This document shows positions 55,209-64,000 of a stretch of DNA of 64,000 nucleotides, one piece after another. The stretch's first letter is position 1. Every line of letters begins with the position of its first letter. The notes below the pieces were generated by a model. It worked only from the letters and a program-made list of their open reading frames with translations, was not told the DNA's origin and searched no databases. The DNA comes from Acidimicrobiia bacterium. Lineage in GTDB: Bacteria > Actinomycetota > Acidimicrobiia > Spongiisociales > Spongiisociaceae. The stretch spans positions 128,001-192,000 of the forward strand of contig JBFGLM010000001.1 of NCBI GenBank assembly GCA_041576165.1, given 5' to 3'. Position numbers and translations under genes: made by a program.

Positions 55209-55433
55209 CTACTCCAGGATCGTGAACCGGCGCGCTTCCCACCCCGACTTGCTCAGCCCCGTGTGCACCGCGGGTGCCATGGCATCCGGCCACACCGAAA
55301 CGACCATCGCCGTGTCGCCATCCACTGCTGGGATGACCACCTGGCACTGGGGGTCTTCCATCATCTCATCGGCCAGCTCGACCAGGGCAGCGAGGTGGGA
55401 ACGGTCTTCCGCGGTGATGACGATCAGTTGCAC
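55209..55433 (-). CDS. Small hypothetical protein
   Basis: GTG start 6 nt after a TACGAT -10 element; 74 aa; directly upstream of tyrA. Confidence 0.55.
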   Translation of the reverse strand: MQLIVITAEDRSHLAALVELADEMMEDPQCQVVIPAVDGDTAMVVSVWPDAMAPAVHTGLSKSGWEARRFTILE

Positions 55434-55536
55434 TGTCCCATCGTATCCAGCCACCGCATGGGGGCATCACATGCAGGCGTATATAGGCCTACCCAGCTGG
55501 TTCGTCCGGTCTGCTTGCAATTGTTAGCGATTTGCG

Positions 55537-55542
55537 TATAAT
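55537..55542 (+). promoter_or_regulatory. -10 element TATAAT of a probable leaderless promoter
   Basis: TATAAT + 7 nt + GTG (55550) of the HTH gene. Confidence 0.7.
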
Positions 55543-55549
55543 GGCAAGC

Positions 55550-55939
55550 GTGAACGAGCCAGGTGCATCGAGGTCCGACGAACCGTCTGACGGCTTGGAT
55601 TTGGGCGCCTTCATACGCCAGCAACGGCAACGCTCGGCCATCTCGCTTCGCAAGCTGGCTGATCTCGCGGGCATTTCGAACCCGTACCTCAGCCAGATCG
55701 AACGGGGGCTGCGCAAGCCGTCTGCCGAAATCCTGAGATCAATCGCCCGAGGATTGTCGATCTCGGCCGAGACCATGTATTCGCGAGCCGGCCTGCTCGA
55801 GGAGCGACGGCCGCGGCCGACCGTGGTGGAGGCAGTTGAGGCCGACCCCGATCTCGACGCACGACAGCGACAAGTGCTCCTGGATGTGTACCGGACCTTC
55901 GTCCGGGAATCCCAGGACCGCACAGAGGAGACGACATGA
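55550..55939 (+). CDS. XRE-family HTH transcriptional regulator (Rv0474-like)
   Basis: SLRKLADLAGISNPYLSQIERGLRKPSAE...ISAETMY. Confidence 0.9.
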   Translation: MNEPGASRSDEPSDGLDLGAFIRQQRQRSAISLRKLADLAGISNPYLSQIERGLRKPSAEILRSIARGLSISAETMYSRAGLLEERRPRPTVVEAVEADPDLDARQRQVLLDVYRTFVRESQDRTEETT

Positions 55940-56415
55940 TCGAAACGACCAAGAAAGCGTTTTACGCAGCGGTAGGCGCGCCGGTAGTGGTGACGAAGCG
56001 CGCCGGCGAGGTGTTGGAAGAGTGGACCAAGAAGGCCAAGGACCTCCGTTCGAGCGTCAGCGAGGACGTTCGGAAAGAATTCGCCTCGTGGACGGCCGAG
56101 GGCGAGCGGGTCGTGACCCGGGTTTCAGAGCAACCCGTGGTGGAAGACATCGCCTCTCGCCTTGATATCGACGGCCAAGTGGGCAAGCTGCGCGAACAGC
56201 TCGATGACATCCTCGAATCATGGCGCAAGAACTTCCGGCCGCCTGCTGAGAAGATCGAGGTGACCTCGGCGCCCAAGCATCCTGCAGCCGAGACGGCACC
56301 CGCCGCCACGCAGGCCGCAGCCAAGAAGCCGGCCGCCAAGAAGCCGGCCGCCAAGAGCACAGCCGCAAAGAAGGCAACGACCGCCGGTAAGTCGACGACC
56401 AAGACGTCCGCCTGA
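55936..56415 (+). CDS. HBHA/TadA-like protein with Lys/Ala/Pro-rich tail
   Basis: FYAAVGA N-terminus, amphipathic helices, AKKPAAKKPAAK repeats; downstream of the Rv0474-like HTH. Confidence 0.7.
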   Translation: MIETTKKAFYAAVGAPVVVTKRAGEVLEEWTKKAKDLRSSVSEDVRKEFASWTAEGERVVTRVSEQPVVEDIASRLDIDGQVGKLREQLDDILESWRKNFRPPAEKIEVTSAPKHPAAETAPAATQAAAKKPAAKKPAAKSTAAKKATTAGKSTTKTSA

Positions 56416-56428
56416 CCGAGACGATCGC

Positions 56429-56466
56429 GAAAGAGGGCGGGAGCCGATTGGCCCCCGCCCTCTTTC
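56429..56466. terminator. Probable bidirectional intrinsic terminator
   Basis: GAAAGAGGGCGGG...CCCGCCCTCTTTC stem between convergent genes. Confidence 0.8.
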
Positions 56467-56474
56467 TACTCCGC

Positions 56475-56879
56475 TCAGTACTTGACCACCGGATCCAGCG
56501 CCTGCGCGCGATCGATCCAGCCGGCGACCATTGACTCTGTCGGGAGACGGCGCACCAGCCGCTTGGAGTCATTGACCACGAGCATCTTGGCTGTGAGCGA
56601 TTTGGCGCTCCTCCGACGCAGTTCTTTGACCGTGTCGACGCCCGATGCTTCCAGCAGATCTGAGTATTCGGAACCAACGCCTTTCACTCGCATGAGATCG
56701 GCCCGGTTGACCCACTCCAGAATCTGACGCTCGGTGAGGCCGGTTGCCGATGCGATGTCCTTGCGACCACTTCGAGTTGCCCCCCGCCTCAGCAACGCCT
56801 CGGTCGTGCGGATGTTGGACTTCCGCAGCTTCGTTGCGTTCTTCGGCCCAATGCCCTCGATATAGTCGATCGACGCCAT
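56475..56879 (-). CDS. DUF4332 domain protein
   Basis: IEGIG, WVNRADLMRVKGVGSEYSDLLEASGVDTVKEL. Confidence 0.88.
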   Translation of the reverse strand: MASIDYIEGIGPKNATKLRKSNIRTTEALLRRGATRSGRKDIASATGLTERQILEWVNRADLMRVKGVGSEYSDLLEASGVDTVKELRRRSAKSLTAKMLVVNDSKRLVRRLPTESMVAGWIDRAQALDPVVKY

Positions 56880-57014
56880 CCGCCGTCCTTTCGTCCTCGT
56901 CCCTCCGCCTGCCCGCCCGCGCTTGAGCTGGTTGGAGTGCTTGAGCGGCGACAGCCTAAAGCAAGCGGCCGCTTGGTTTCCACTCCGCCCGACAGCCACC
57001 GGCGCGTCAGCAGC

Positions 57015-57608
57015 TCAGCGCGGTCGCAGCTCCTCGAGGTCGGCCACCGTGTCCACATCGCGCGGCGGTAGCTGCTCGAACCAGACTTCATGGACCCAAT
57101 CGGGGTGTGCCTGCAGCAGGTGGCGGGCTCCGGAATCTCCCTCGAGGCTCATTATCCGGGGCCAGAGCGTTCGGGAGATCACGACCGGGTTTCCCCACGT
57201 GTACCGGTATTTGGGTACCGCCGCCAGCGCTCGGCTCTGGCTGTGTTCACCGAGCAGAGTTTCGACCGTGGTTTGTTCGACACGCGGCTGGTCGCCCAAG
57301 GCAATCACTACCCGATCGATGGCGACCTCCTGCATGAGCGCGTCGAGTCCCACCCGCAGGGAGGCGGCCATCCCCTCCTCCCAGTCGGGGTTGATGACGA
57401 CCGTAGTGCCGCCGAAATCGACGGCATCGAGCACCCGCTCCGCATCACAGCCGAGCACAACGAAGACTTCGTCGACCGGCCACCGCTGGACCATCTTGAC
57501 GACATGCTCCAGGAGCGGCACTCCGCCCCAGTCGGCCAGCTGTTTGGACGAACCCATGCGACGGGAGCCACCCGCTGCGAGAATCAGCGCCGCCGTCTTC
57601 ACGGCCAC
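57015..57608 (-). CDS. mocA: Molybdenum cofactor cytidylyltransferase-like nucleotidyltransferase
   Basis: LAAGGSRRMG..K, GMAASLR.G, LGDQP, GNPV, GD.GAR, DVDT. Confidence 0.85.
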   Translation of the reverse strand: MAVKTAALILAAGGSRRMGSSKQLADWGGVPLLEHVVKMVQRWPVDEVFVVLGCDAERVLDAVDFGGTTVVINPDWEEGMAASLRVGLDALMQEVAIDRVVIALGDQPRVEQTTVETLLGEHSQSRALAAVPKYRYTWGNPVVISRTLWPRIMSLEGDSGARHLLQAHPDWVHEVWFEQLPPRDVDTVADLEELRPR

Positions 57609-57629
57609 CGGTGACTACTTCCCAGCACC

Positions 57630-58421
57630 TCAGACATCACCTTCGTCTTCAGTCCGCTGCAGGTGTACCCGACCCTGGCGTCCCTTCAGGGACTCACCCG
57701 ACCCTGATCCGTATCGAACCTGGATCATTTCGGCCAGAATCGACACGGCAACCTCCGCCGGCTGCTCGGCGCCGATGTCCAGGCCGACCGGGCCATAGAT
57801 CCGGGCGATCTGCTCGTCCGAATAGCCGGCGGCTGCCAGGCGTTCCCGGCGCATGTTGTGGGTACGCCGCGAGCCCATGGCGCCGATGTACCGGACCGGG
57901 CTGTCGAGCACCGCCGGCAAGACCGGCTCTTCGAACCTGGCGTCGTGGCTCAAGATCACCACATAGGTGCGGCGATCCATCACGAGCTGATCCATCACCT
58001 CATCTGGCCACCCAATGATCACCGAGTCGGCTTCGGGGAACCGCTCCCGGGTCGTGAAGGCGGGCCGGGCGTCGTTGACGGTCACGCGGAAGCCGAGTTC
58101 TTTGGCCATACTGGACAGCGGCTGCGCAATGTGCACCGCGCCGAAGATGAGCAAGTGCGGCTGGGGGGCGATCGTCTCGATGTACACCTCGCGCTCACCG
58201 TAGGCCAGTGTGCGACTCTGCTCCGTGGCCATGAGGGTCATGGCGTCGGCCAGGACGTCGTCCGCGATGTCGTCGGGCAGTGAGCCGGAGACGTAGCCGG
58301 CGTCGATGTCGATCACTGCCGCTTGCCCCGTGTCGGCGCCGCCGATAACCACGGCCCTGGCACCCAGCTGCTCTTTCTCGATGAGCTGGCGTACGGCCGA
58401 GAGATCCTGTTCGGTCACCAT
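57630..58421 (-). CDS. XdhC/CoxF family protein, Rossmann + C-terminal part
   Basis: [38 protein letters not shown]. Confidence 0.9.
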   Translation of the reverse strand: MVTEQDLSAVRQLIEKEQLGARAVVIGGADTGQAAVIDIDAGYVSGSLPDDIADDVLADAMTLMATEQSRTLAYGEREVYIETIAPQPHLLIFGAVHIAQPLSSMAKELGFRVTVNDARPAFTTRERFPEADSVIIGWPDEVMDQLVMDRRTYVVILSHDARFEEPVLPAVLDSPVRYIGAMGSRRTHNMRRERLAAAGYSDEQIARIYGPVGLDIGAEQPAEVAVSILAEMIQVRYGSGSGESLKGRQGRVHLQRTEDEGDV

Positions 58422-58723
58422 TTCTCGATGTACACCTGGATCGTGCCGCCGCAGGCAAGGCCTACCTCAAACGCGTCCTCATCGGCGATGCCGTATGTGA
58501 CGAGCCGGGGGGTGCCGGACTCGAGCACCTGCTCGGCATGCAGAAAGACGTCGTTCTCGACGCAGCCTCCGCTCACAGAGCCCTCCATGTCCCCGGCAGA
58601 CGATACGAGGAACTTGGCCCCTTCGGGGCGAGGAGCCGATCCCTGGACCCGGACGACCGTTGCGACAGCCACGTCCTTGCCCTCGGCCGCCCATGCGTCC
58701 CGTATGTGCATGGCATCGATCAT
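58415..58723 (-). CDS. XdhC/CoxI family N-terminal domain protein (split xdhC)
   Basis: [24 protein letters not shown]. Confidence 0.9.
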   Translation of the reverse strand: MIDAMHIRDAWAAEGKDVAVATVVRVQGSAPRPEGAKFLVSSAGDMEGSVSGGCVENDVFLHAEQVLESGTPRLVTYGIADEDAFEVGLACGGTIQVYIEKW

Positions 58724-58730
58724 GCGAACC

Positions 58731-59855
58731 TCACCTCTTGCTTGGTACGGACTCTAGAAGCCGCACGACCTCACTGAGGTCGGACAGGCTGGCGGACGGC
58801 AGGAAATCGTCGATGTAGGGCAGCGCGATACGCATCCCCCGCGTCTCCGGCGCGTAGCCCTCCCGGCCGGCCAGAGGGTTCAACCAGACGACCCGATGCA
58901 CGCTCCGGTGGAAGCGGGCCATTTGATCCTTCAGCAGGACCGGGTCTCCGCGGTCCCAGCCGTCGCTGATGATGACCCCGACCGGCCCGCCCCGCGTCAC
59001 CCTCCGGCTCCAGCGCCGATTGAAGGTCTCCAGGGTTTCGCCGATTCGGGTGCCACCAGACCAGTCGTGCACCGATTCGGCCACCAACCGCAGGGCCGCC
59101 GCCGGGTCGCGTCGGCGCAGTTCGTGGGTCACCCGCGTCAGCCTGGTGGAGAAGACGAACGTCTCGACACGTCCCATCCGGGCGGGAGCGGCGTGAGCGA
59201 AGTAGAGGATCATCTCGGCGTACTTCTCCATCGAGCCGCTCACGTCCGCGAGGATCACGAGCGGCCGCTTCCGCGGCTTGCGAGCCGAGAACTCCATCGG
59301 AAGGAGATCCGATTCAGGTCCGACGATGTTGCGGAGTGTGCGGCGCATGTCAGGACGCCGTCCTCGTACGTCGGCCACCCAGCGTCGACTGAGCGCGTCG
59401 GCCGGGTGCCAGATCATGCGGGCGATCAGCCTGCGCACCTCTGCGATCTCCTCGGGCGTCAGCTCGCTGAAGTCACGTTTCGCCAGTCGCTCGGCATGCG
59501 AAGCACCAAGCTGTTCGGTGGTTTCGCGGATGTCATCTTCCGGCAGGTCCGGGGCGTCCGAGCCGAGGGTGGGGACCTGCACCGTGACGCGCTCGGGTGG
59601 GGTGATGAGCCTGGGTCGAGGCTGGCGCCACCCATGCCCGAAGAAGACGGCGAACGCGTCATCGAACACCGGGAGGTCCTCGCGCCGGGTGACGGTCATC
59701 GCCCGGAACGCGTGATACGCGTCGTCGCGGTTGGACAGGCCCAGCAGCTCGATGGCGTTCGCCAGCTCGGCCCCGGTGCCCGGGACCGTCTCGATGCCCC
59801 GGGCTCGCAGATAGCGAACGAAGTGGACCAGGTTGTCGGTGAAGACGGTGTTCAC
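58731..59855 (-). CDS. coxE: CoxE-like VWA domain protein
   Basis: [34 protein letters not shown]. Confidence 0.9.
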   Translation of the reverse strand: MNTVFTDNLVHFVRYLRARGIETVPGTGAELANAIELLGLSNRDDAYHAFRAMTVTRREDLPVFDDAFAVFFGHGWRQPRPRLITPPERVTVQVPTLGSDAPDLPEDDIRETTEQLGASHAERLAKRDFSELTPEEIAEVRRLIARMIWHPADALSRRWVADVRGRRPDMRRTLRNIVGPESDLLPMEFSARKPRKRPLVILADVSGSMEKYAEMILYFAHAAPARMGRVETFVFSTRLTRVTHELRRRDPAAALRLVAESVHDWSGGTRIGETLETFNRRWSRRVTRGGPVGVIISDGWDRGDPVLLKDQMARFHRSVHRVVWLNPLAGREGYAPETRGMRIALPYIDDFLPSASLSDLSEVVRLLESVPSKR

Positions 59856-59916
59856 GCCCTGGAGAGTAGAGCGGTGCTGGAACCACGGCGATCGCCGTCC
59901 GCTCGGCCGGTCCCGG

Positions 59917-61098
59917 TCAGCTGCCGGCTAGCTCCGCCAGGGGTGGCCCGCCGGCGTCGCGGTTCCACTCGAAGTGGCCGCCATCGGTGAATGTCCAGCC
60001 GCCGCCCCAGGCGAAACCGTGCGAGCGGAATATCTCGACGATTTCCGGATGCATGTCGACCGCGCCGCCGTACGGATTCGAACTGGGATTGAAGTCGACG
60101 GCAACGCCCCACGCGTGGCGGGAGATGGCGCCTCCCTTGTCCCCGCCACGGATCACCCGCGGCACCCAGCAGCCTCCAGCGAGCTGGAAATCTGCGTAGG
60201 AGAGTTCGCCCGACAGCCCGGCTTCGATGACATCCTGGATGGCGGACCGTACGAGCGGGGCAATCGCCCGGTGGCAACGGAAGGGGCCAACTAGCGGCAG
60301 CTCGACCTCCACAATATTGGTCTCCCGCCAGCCCGGCTCAATCTGAATCAGATCACCCCGGCCGGTCTTCCGGTAGGCAAACTCACCGAAACGTTGCTTG
60401 ATGAGCACCGTCGGCACCACAGAGTCCGGGTTCCAGGGATCGTCACTGCTATCGACCCGCAGGCGCCGATCCGGGAGCGCTCGCCACAGCTCGATGATTG
60501 CCTGATCCCTCGGTTCGAAGTCCCACATGACGAGCGCGGAAGGCCGCCAGAAACCGAATCGCGCCGCATCGTCGAGGTCGAATGCCAGCTCCGCCCAGTT
60601 CACCAGCCGGTCCGGAACCACCAAGCCGATCCGGCGCGCGTGCACCTGGTTGTCCCAGCCGAGGAACTCGATCACGTCGCCGGGACGGGCGCCCCGCAGT
60701 GCAGCCGAGGTCTCCCCCATCACCGCCAGGCCCCTGGCCAGGGCGTTGGCAACTTGGCGACTGGTTATAGGGGCTGCACGACCGGCCGCGAGCGCAATCG
60801 CCGACATGGGTATTTGGAACCCCGGGGGCGGAGCCTGGACGGTTTGGTCTTTGCGAGTGACCGAGAGCAGATTGATCGTTCCGGCGTGGATCTCAGCGGC
60901 CGAGATACCGTTGCGGGCGGCAGCGGACATGGCGGCGTCCACAACGACCGCCTCGAGGCCTCCCGGCTGGTACAGCGTCACGGTGGCTGTGTCGACGTCG
61001 TCGAAGGCGACCGCCGGGGCGGCGGGAACCAGCCACATCGGCAGCAGCCACAGGCCGCCGGCTGCCAGCCAGCGTTTGCGATTGGGGGTGAGCCTCAT
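59917..61098 (-). CDS. Secreted M15 family metallopeptidase
   Basis: Signal peptide; SRHAWGVAVD (SxHxxGxAxD), GFAWGG, DGGHFE. Confidence 0.85.
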   Translation of the reverse strand: MRLTPNRKRWLAAGGLWLLPMWLVPAAPAVAFDDVDTATVTLYQPGGLEAVVVDAAMSAAARNGISAAEIHAGTINLLSVTRKDQTVQAPPPGFQIPMSAIALAAGRAAPITSRQVANALARGLAVMGETSAALRGARPGDVIEFLGWDNQVHARRIGLVVPDRLVNWAELAFDLDDAARFGFWRPSALVMWDFEPRDQAIIELWRALPDRRLRVDSSDDPWNPDSVVPTVLIKQRFGEFAYRKTGRGDLIQIEPGWRETNIVEVELPLVGPFRCHRAIAPLVRSAIQDVIEAGLSGELSYADFQLAGGCWVPRVIRGGDKGGAISRHAWGVAVDFNPSSNPYGGAVDMHPEIVEIFRSHGFAWGGGWTFTDGGHFEWNRDAGGPPLAELAGS

Positions 61099-61142
61099 GT
61101 CGGTCGCGCCATTCCAGCAGAACGGGGACGAACCGGGACTTA

Positions 61143-62027
61143 TCAGCCCGCGGCGAGCAGTTTCTCGACGCCCAGCGACCGGACGCGCTCGATGTCCTCT
61201 TGGTACTTCAGCACGACCCCCAGCGTGTCCTCCGCGACCTGCGGTTCCAGCCGGGTGCTGCCCAGCGCCTGCAGGGCCGACGCCCAGTCGAGAGTTTCGG
61301 CTACCCCCGGCGGCTTGAACAGGTCCAGCTCACGGAGCTTCTCCATCGCCGACGCCAGCTGCACCGCCAGCTGCTCGTCGACATCAGGCACCTTGCGCCG
61401 GACGATCGCCGCTTCTCGCTCGAAGGTCGGGTAGTCGATCCAGTGGTAGATGCAGCGCCGTTTGAGTGCATCATGGATCTCACGCGTGCGGTTGGACGTG
61501 ATCACAACGACGGGCGGCCGCTCGGCGCGGATGGTGCCGATCTCGGGGATCGTGATCTGGAAGTCGGACAGAAGCTCAAGCAAGTAAGCCTCGAACTCCT
61601 CGTCCGCCCGGTCGAGTTCGTCGATGAGGAGCACCGGCCGGACGCCATCCCGGGAGCGCTCGATCGCCTCGAGCAGCGGCCGGGCTACGAGGTACTCACG
61701 GCTCATGACGTCCGAGACCGTGGCGGATGACGCATCGTGTGACGCCTCCAACAGCCGGATGGCCATCATCTGGCGCGCATAGTCCCATTCGTACAGGGCG
61801 TGGCCCGCGTCCAGACCTTCGTAACACTGCAAACGTATGAGCGGTTGCCCGGCGATCGCCGCCAGCACCTTGGCCACTTCGGTTTTGCCAACGCCCGCCT
61901 CGCCTTCCAGGAACAGCGGTCTCCCGAGTTTCAGCGCAAGGAAGATCGCGACGGCCAGCGCGCGATCAGCCACGTATTTCTCGGAAGCCAAAGCATCGAC
62001 CACGTCATCGACTGATTTGATACTCAC
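61143..62027 (-). CDS. coxD: CoxD-like MoxR family AAA ATPase
   Basis: GEAGVGKTE, RLQCYEG, LIDELDRADEEFE, DALKRRC. Confidence 0.92.
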   Translation of the reverse strand: MSIKSVDDVVDALASEKYVADRALAVAIFLALKLGRPLFLEGEAGVGKTEVAKVLAAIAGQPLIRLQCYEGLDAGHALYEWDYARQMMAIRLLEASHDASSATVSDVMSREYLVARPLLEAIERSRDGVRPVLLIDELDRADEEFEAYLLELLSDFQITIPEIGTIRAERPPVVVITSNRTREIHDALKRRCIYHWIDYPTFEREAAIVRRKVPDVDEQLAVQLASAMEKLRELDLFKPPGVAETLDWASALQALGSTRLEPQVAEDTLGVVLKYQEDIERVRSLGVEKLLAAG

Positions 62028-62097
62028 GGCGGAGAGCTTAGAGCGTCGGGGCGGTTTGGCCGATCCGGGACGGCAGCAGCTTCATTAGCGTTACGCC

Positions 62098-62424
62098 ATG
62101 GAAGTGCCTGCGGCGATACCCCAGGTCACGGCTCAGGAGGCCCACGAGCGGCTGGCGGCGGGAGCGCTGCTCATCGACGTGCGTGAGCCGAAGGAATGGG
62201 CTCGGGTTCGGATCCCGGGCGCGATGTCCCGGCCGATGTCGGAGATAAACGACTGGTGGCTGGAGCTACCGGATGACCGCGAACTCATCTTCCAGTGCCG
62301 GTCCGGCGCCCGATCGGGCCGGGTAGTCGAAGCGCTCATCAGCCAGGCCGGCTTCACGAACGTCACGAATCTGGCCGGCGGTCTCGTCTCCTGGGCCGAG
62401 GCGGGTTACGAGCTGGAGCGCTGA
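62098..62424 (+). CDS. Rhodanese-like domain protein
   Basis: IDVREP.EW...IPGA, CRSGARS, NLAGG. Confidence 0.9.
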   Translation: MEVPAAIPQVTAQEAHERLAAGALLIDVREPKEWARVRIPGAMSRPMSEINDWWLELPDDRELIFQCRSGARSGRVVEALISQAGFTNVTNLAGGLVSWAEAGYELER

Positions 62425-62704
62425 ACGCATGACCGCTCCCTTGAACCTGCTCGACACGATGGGTGCGACTCCCCGCCCGCAATGTCCGACGACCCCAACG
62501 TGACTTCGGGCCGGAACGCAGGACTGGCCGCAACGGGGGAGGCCGGAATGTACGACGGGCCCCACATCAAGTGGGACCCGTCAGCAGCCTCCATCATCCC
62601 GAAGCAGGTGGTAGGGAACCTGCATCGAGCTGGACGACACAACTGTACCACAGGCGCGCCCGGATCGTGAGACCCGACGGCGTTCTGCTAGACGTCGCTC
62701 GAAA

Positions 62705-63571
62705 TCACCCGGCCGCAGCCAGCGCTTGCTCGACCGCACGGCGGGTGAAGACTTTGGCCAGGTGCGCCTTGTACTCCTCTGAGCCGTATAGGTCCTCGAT
62801 CACGGTGAGGCCTTCTGTCGCGCGCTCGGCTGCGGCGGCGATCGCCCCCGCCGACCCGTCTGTCCCCGTCAGCGCCTCCATGGCGCCCTCGAGGAGTACG
62901 GGCTTGGTCCCGACGCCGGTCACGGCGATACGGGCATCGGTCACGGACCCGTCGGCTCTCGTCACGCGGGCGGCCACGCCGGCTACCGCGTAGTCTGTGT
63001 GACCTCCTCGACGTCCTAGCTTGTCGTACGCAGACCCGGAACCGGCCGCAGGTTTGGGGATCCTGACCTCTGTGAGGATTTCCGTCGGCTCCAGCGCTGA
63101 AGTGAGGGCGTCGACGAAGAAGCCATCCGACGGGATCTCGCGCGACCCGTCCGCCGAAACGGCCACCATGGTCGCCCCGAGCGCGAGCGCCGCCGCCGGT
63201 TGATCTGCCGCCACGTCGGCATGCGCCAGCGCTCCGCAGGTCGTTCCCCGGTTACGCACCTGCCGATCACCCGTCCAAGCCGCCGCCGAGGCGAGGGCGG
63301 GCAGCTCGCTCTGAATCAGAGGACTGGCGGCAACGTCCGCATGCCGGACCAGAGCGCCGATTACGATGTGGTCGCCCCGGTCCTCGATCTGATCGAGCCC
63401 CGGGATCCGCCCGATGTCCACGACGAGCTCGGGCGAGAACAATCGGAGCTTCATCAACGGAATGAGGCTCATTCCACCGCTCATCACCTTGGCCATATCG
63501 TTCGACGCCAGCAGGCTGAGCGCCTCATCGAGTGAGGAGGGCGCGGCGTAGTCGAACTCCCTCGGGTACAT
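62705..63571 (-). CDS. Xanthine dehydrogenase / CO dehydrogenase family FAD-binding (medium) subunit
   Basis: MYPREFDY, SGGMSLIPLMKLR, GDRQVRNRGT.CG. Confidence 0.92.
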   Translation of the reverse strand: MYPREFDYAAPSSLDEALSLLASNDMAKVMSGGMSLIPLMKLRLFSPELVVDIGRIPGLDQIEDRGDHIVIGALVRHADVAASPLIQSELPALASAAAWTGDRQVRNRGTTCGALAHADVAADQPAAALALGATMVAVSADGSREIPSDGFFVDALTSALEPTEILTEVRIPKPAAGSGSAYDKLGRRGGHTDYAVAGVAARVTRADGSVTDARIAVTGVGTKPVLLEGAMEALTGTDGSAGAIAAAAERATEGLTVIEDLYGSEEYKAHLAKVFTRRAVEQALAAAG

Positions 63572-63638
63572 ACGCTATTTCCTCATTTCCGTCTCGGCTT
63601 GCTTCCTCTCAGCTCGATGGCTGCGGCCACGTGCGCCG

Positions 63639-63668
63639 GGCTCCCGGGAACCCGTGGGTCCCGGGAGC
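63639..63668. other. Intergenic hairpin between the two FAD-subunit genes
   Basis: GGCTCCCGGGA ... TCCCGGGAGCC inverted repeat. Confidence 0.55.
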
Positions 63669-63697
63669 CAAGCGATGATCCCTCCTCCGGCGTGATC

Positions 63698-64000
63698 TCA
63701 GCCGGCGCGCGCGGCTGCCGAGTTGATTGCTCGTGCCACGAACGCCGGCAACACCTGCCGTCGGTAGTCGGCGGAGGCGTGGATGTCACCCATCACATCG
63801 TCACCGACGTCGTCCACCGCAGCTCGTCCAGCCGCCGCCGCGGACTCCGCGTCGACCGCCTTGCCCACCATTGCCGCCCCGGCCGACTCCGCAACCCGGG
63901 CGGTCGGGGTGAGGCCGCCCACCGCAACCGTGCACGATGTGCAAGCGCCGTCACCATCCAGCGACAAGCTGGCACAGGCACCCACCACCGCATACCGGGA
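63698..64000 (-). CDS. Second FAD-binding (medium) subunit, C-terminal part (gene starts beyond window)
   Basis: SGYAVVG..., VAVGG, GDIHASADYRR typical of the CoxM/XdhB C-terminal domain. Confidence 0.85.
   Translation of the reverse strand, partial: SRYAVVGACASLSLDGDGACTSCTVAVGGLTPTARVAESAGAAMVGKAVDAESAAAAGRAAVDDVGDDVMGDIHASADYRRQVLPAFVARAINSAAARAG

Noticed and set aside
55455-55520. Possible second selenoprotein (YACM-UGA-CPH in frame upstream of the small ORF before tyrA)
   Set aside because: No convincing start, RBS or known Sec motif; a TACGAT -10 placed 6 nt before GTG 55433 explains the gene without readthrough
57630-58723. Split xdhC as a frameshifted pseudogene
   Set aside because: Both halves have clean starts and stops and intact motifs; two-gene XdhC arrangements are known
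57015-64000. selD + xdhC/mocA as a selenium-dependent molybdenum hydroxylase system
   Set aside because: The genes are about 13 kb apart with unrelated genes between, and no yqeB/yqeC is visible; a link cannot be supported from this window

Overview
High-GC bacterial genomic DNA, most consistent with an Actinobacterium of class Acidimicrobiia. This is an inference from the SLH-domain secreted proteins, the F420 PPOX-class enzyme, the HTH/HBHA-like pair and pervasive leaderless-type promoters. About 1-22.5 kb is an accessory-looking locus. It holds a stand-alone adenylation enzyme, two carrier proteins, a prolyl-carrier-dehydrogenase-like and a second atypical acyl-CoA-dehydrogenase-fold enzyme, and seven alpha/beta-hydrolase-fold proteins: four with a Cys nucleophile and three with Arg at that position, three times as overlapping Arg->Cys gene pairs. 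It also holds two sulfotransferases, a GT4 glycosyltransferase, an ABC exporter, two exported SGNH-like proteins and a Tat-exported G8/SLH/beta-helix protein. This locus is the best candidate for an undescribed system (carrier-dependent acylation of a sulfated surface glycan or small molecule; function is inference). The rest is mostly core genome: a caa3-type cytochrome c oxidase operon, an FtsH-like protease, rraA, mdh, a selenocysteine-containing selD whose in-frame UGA the ORF track missed, greA, mgtE, a REC-GGDEF-HD-GYP regulator, nadE, tyrA, and molybdo-flavoenzyme accessory genes (mocA, split xdhC, coxE, coxD, two tandem FAD subunits). Two pseudogenes are visible. I found no rRNA, tRNA, CRISPR array or transposase by eye. 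All calls are from motif recognition; no database searches were run.
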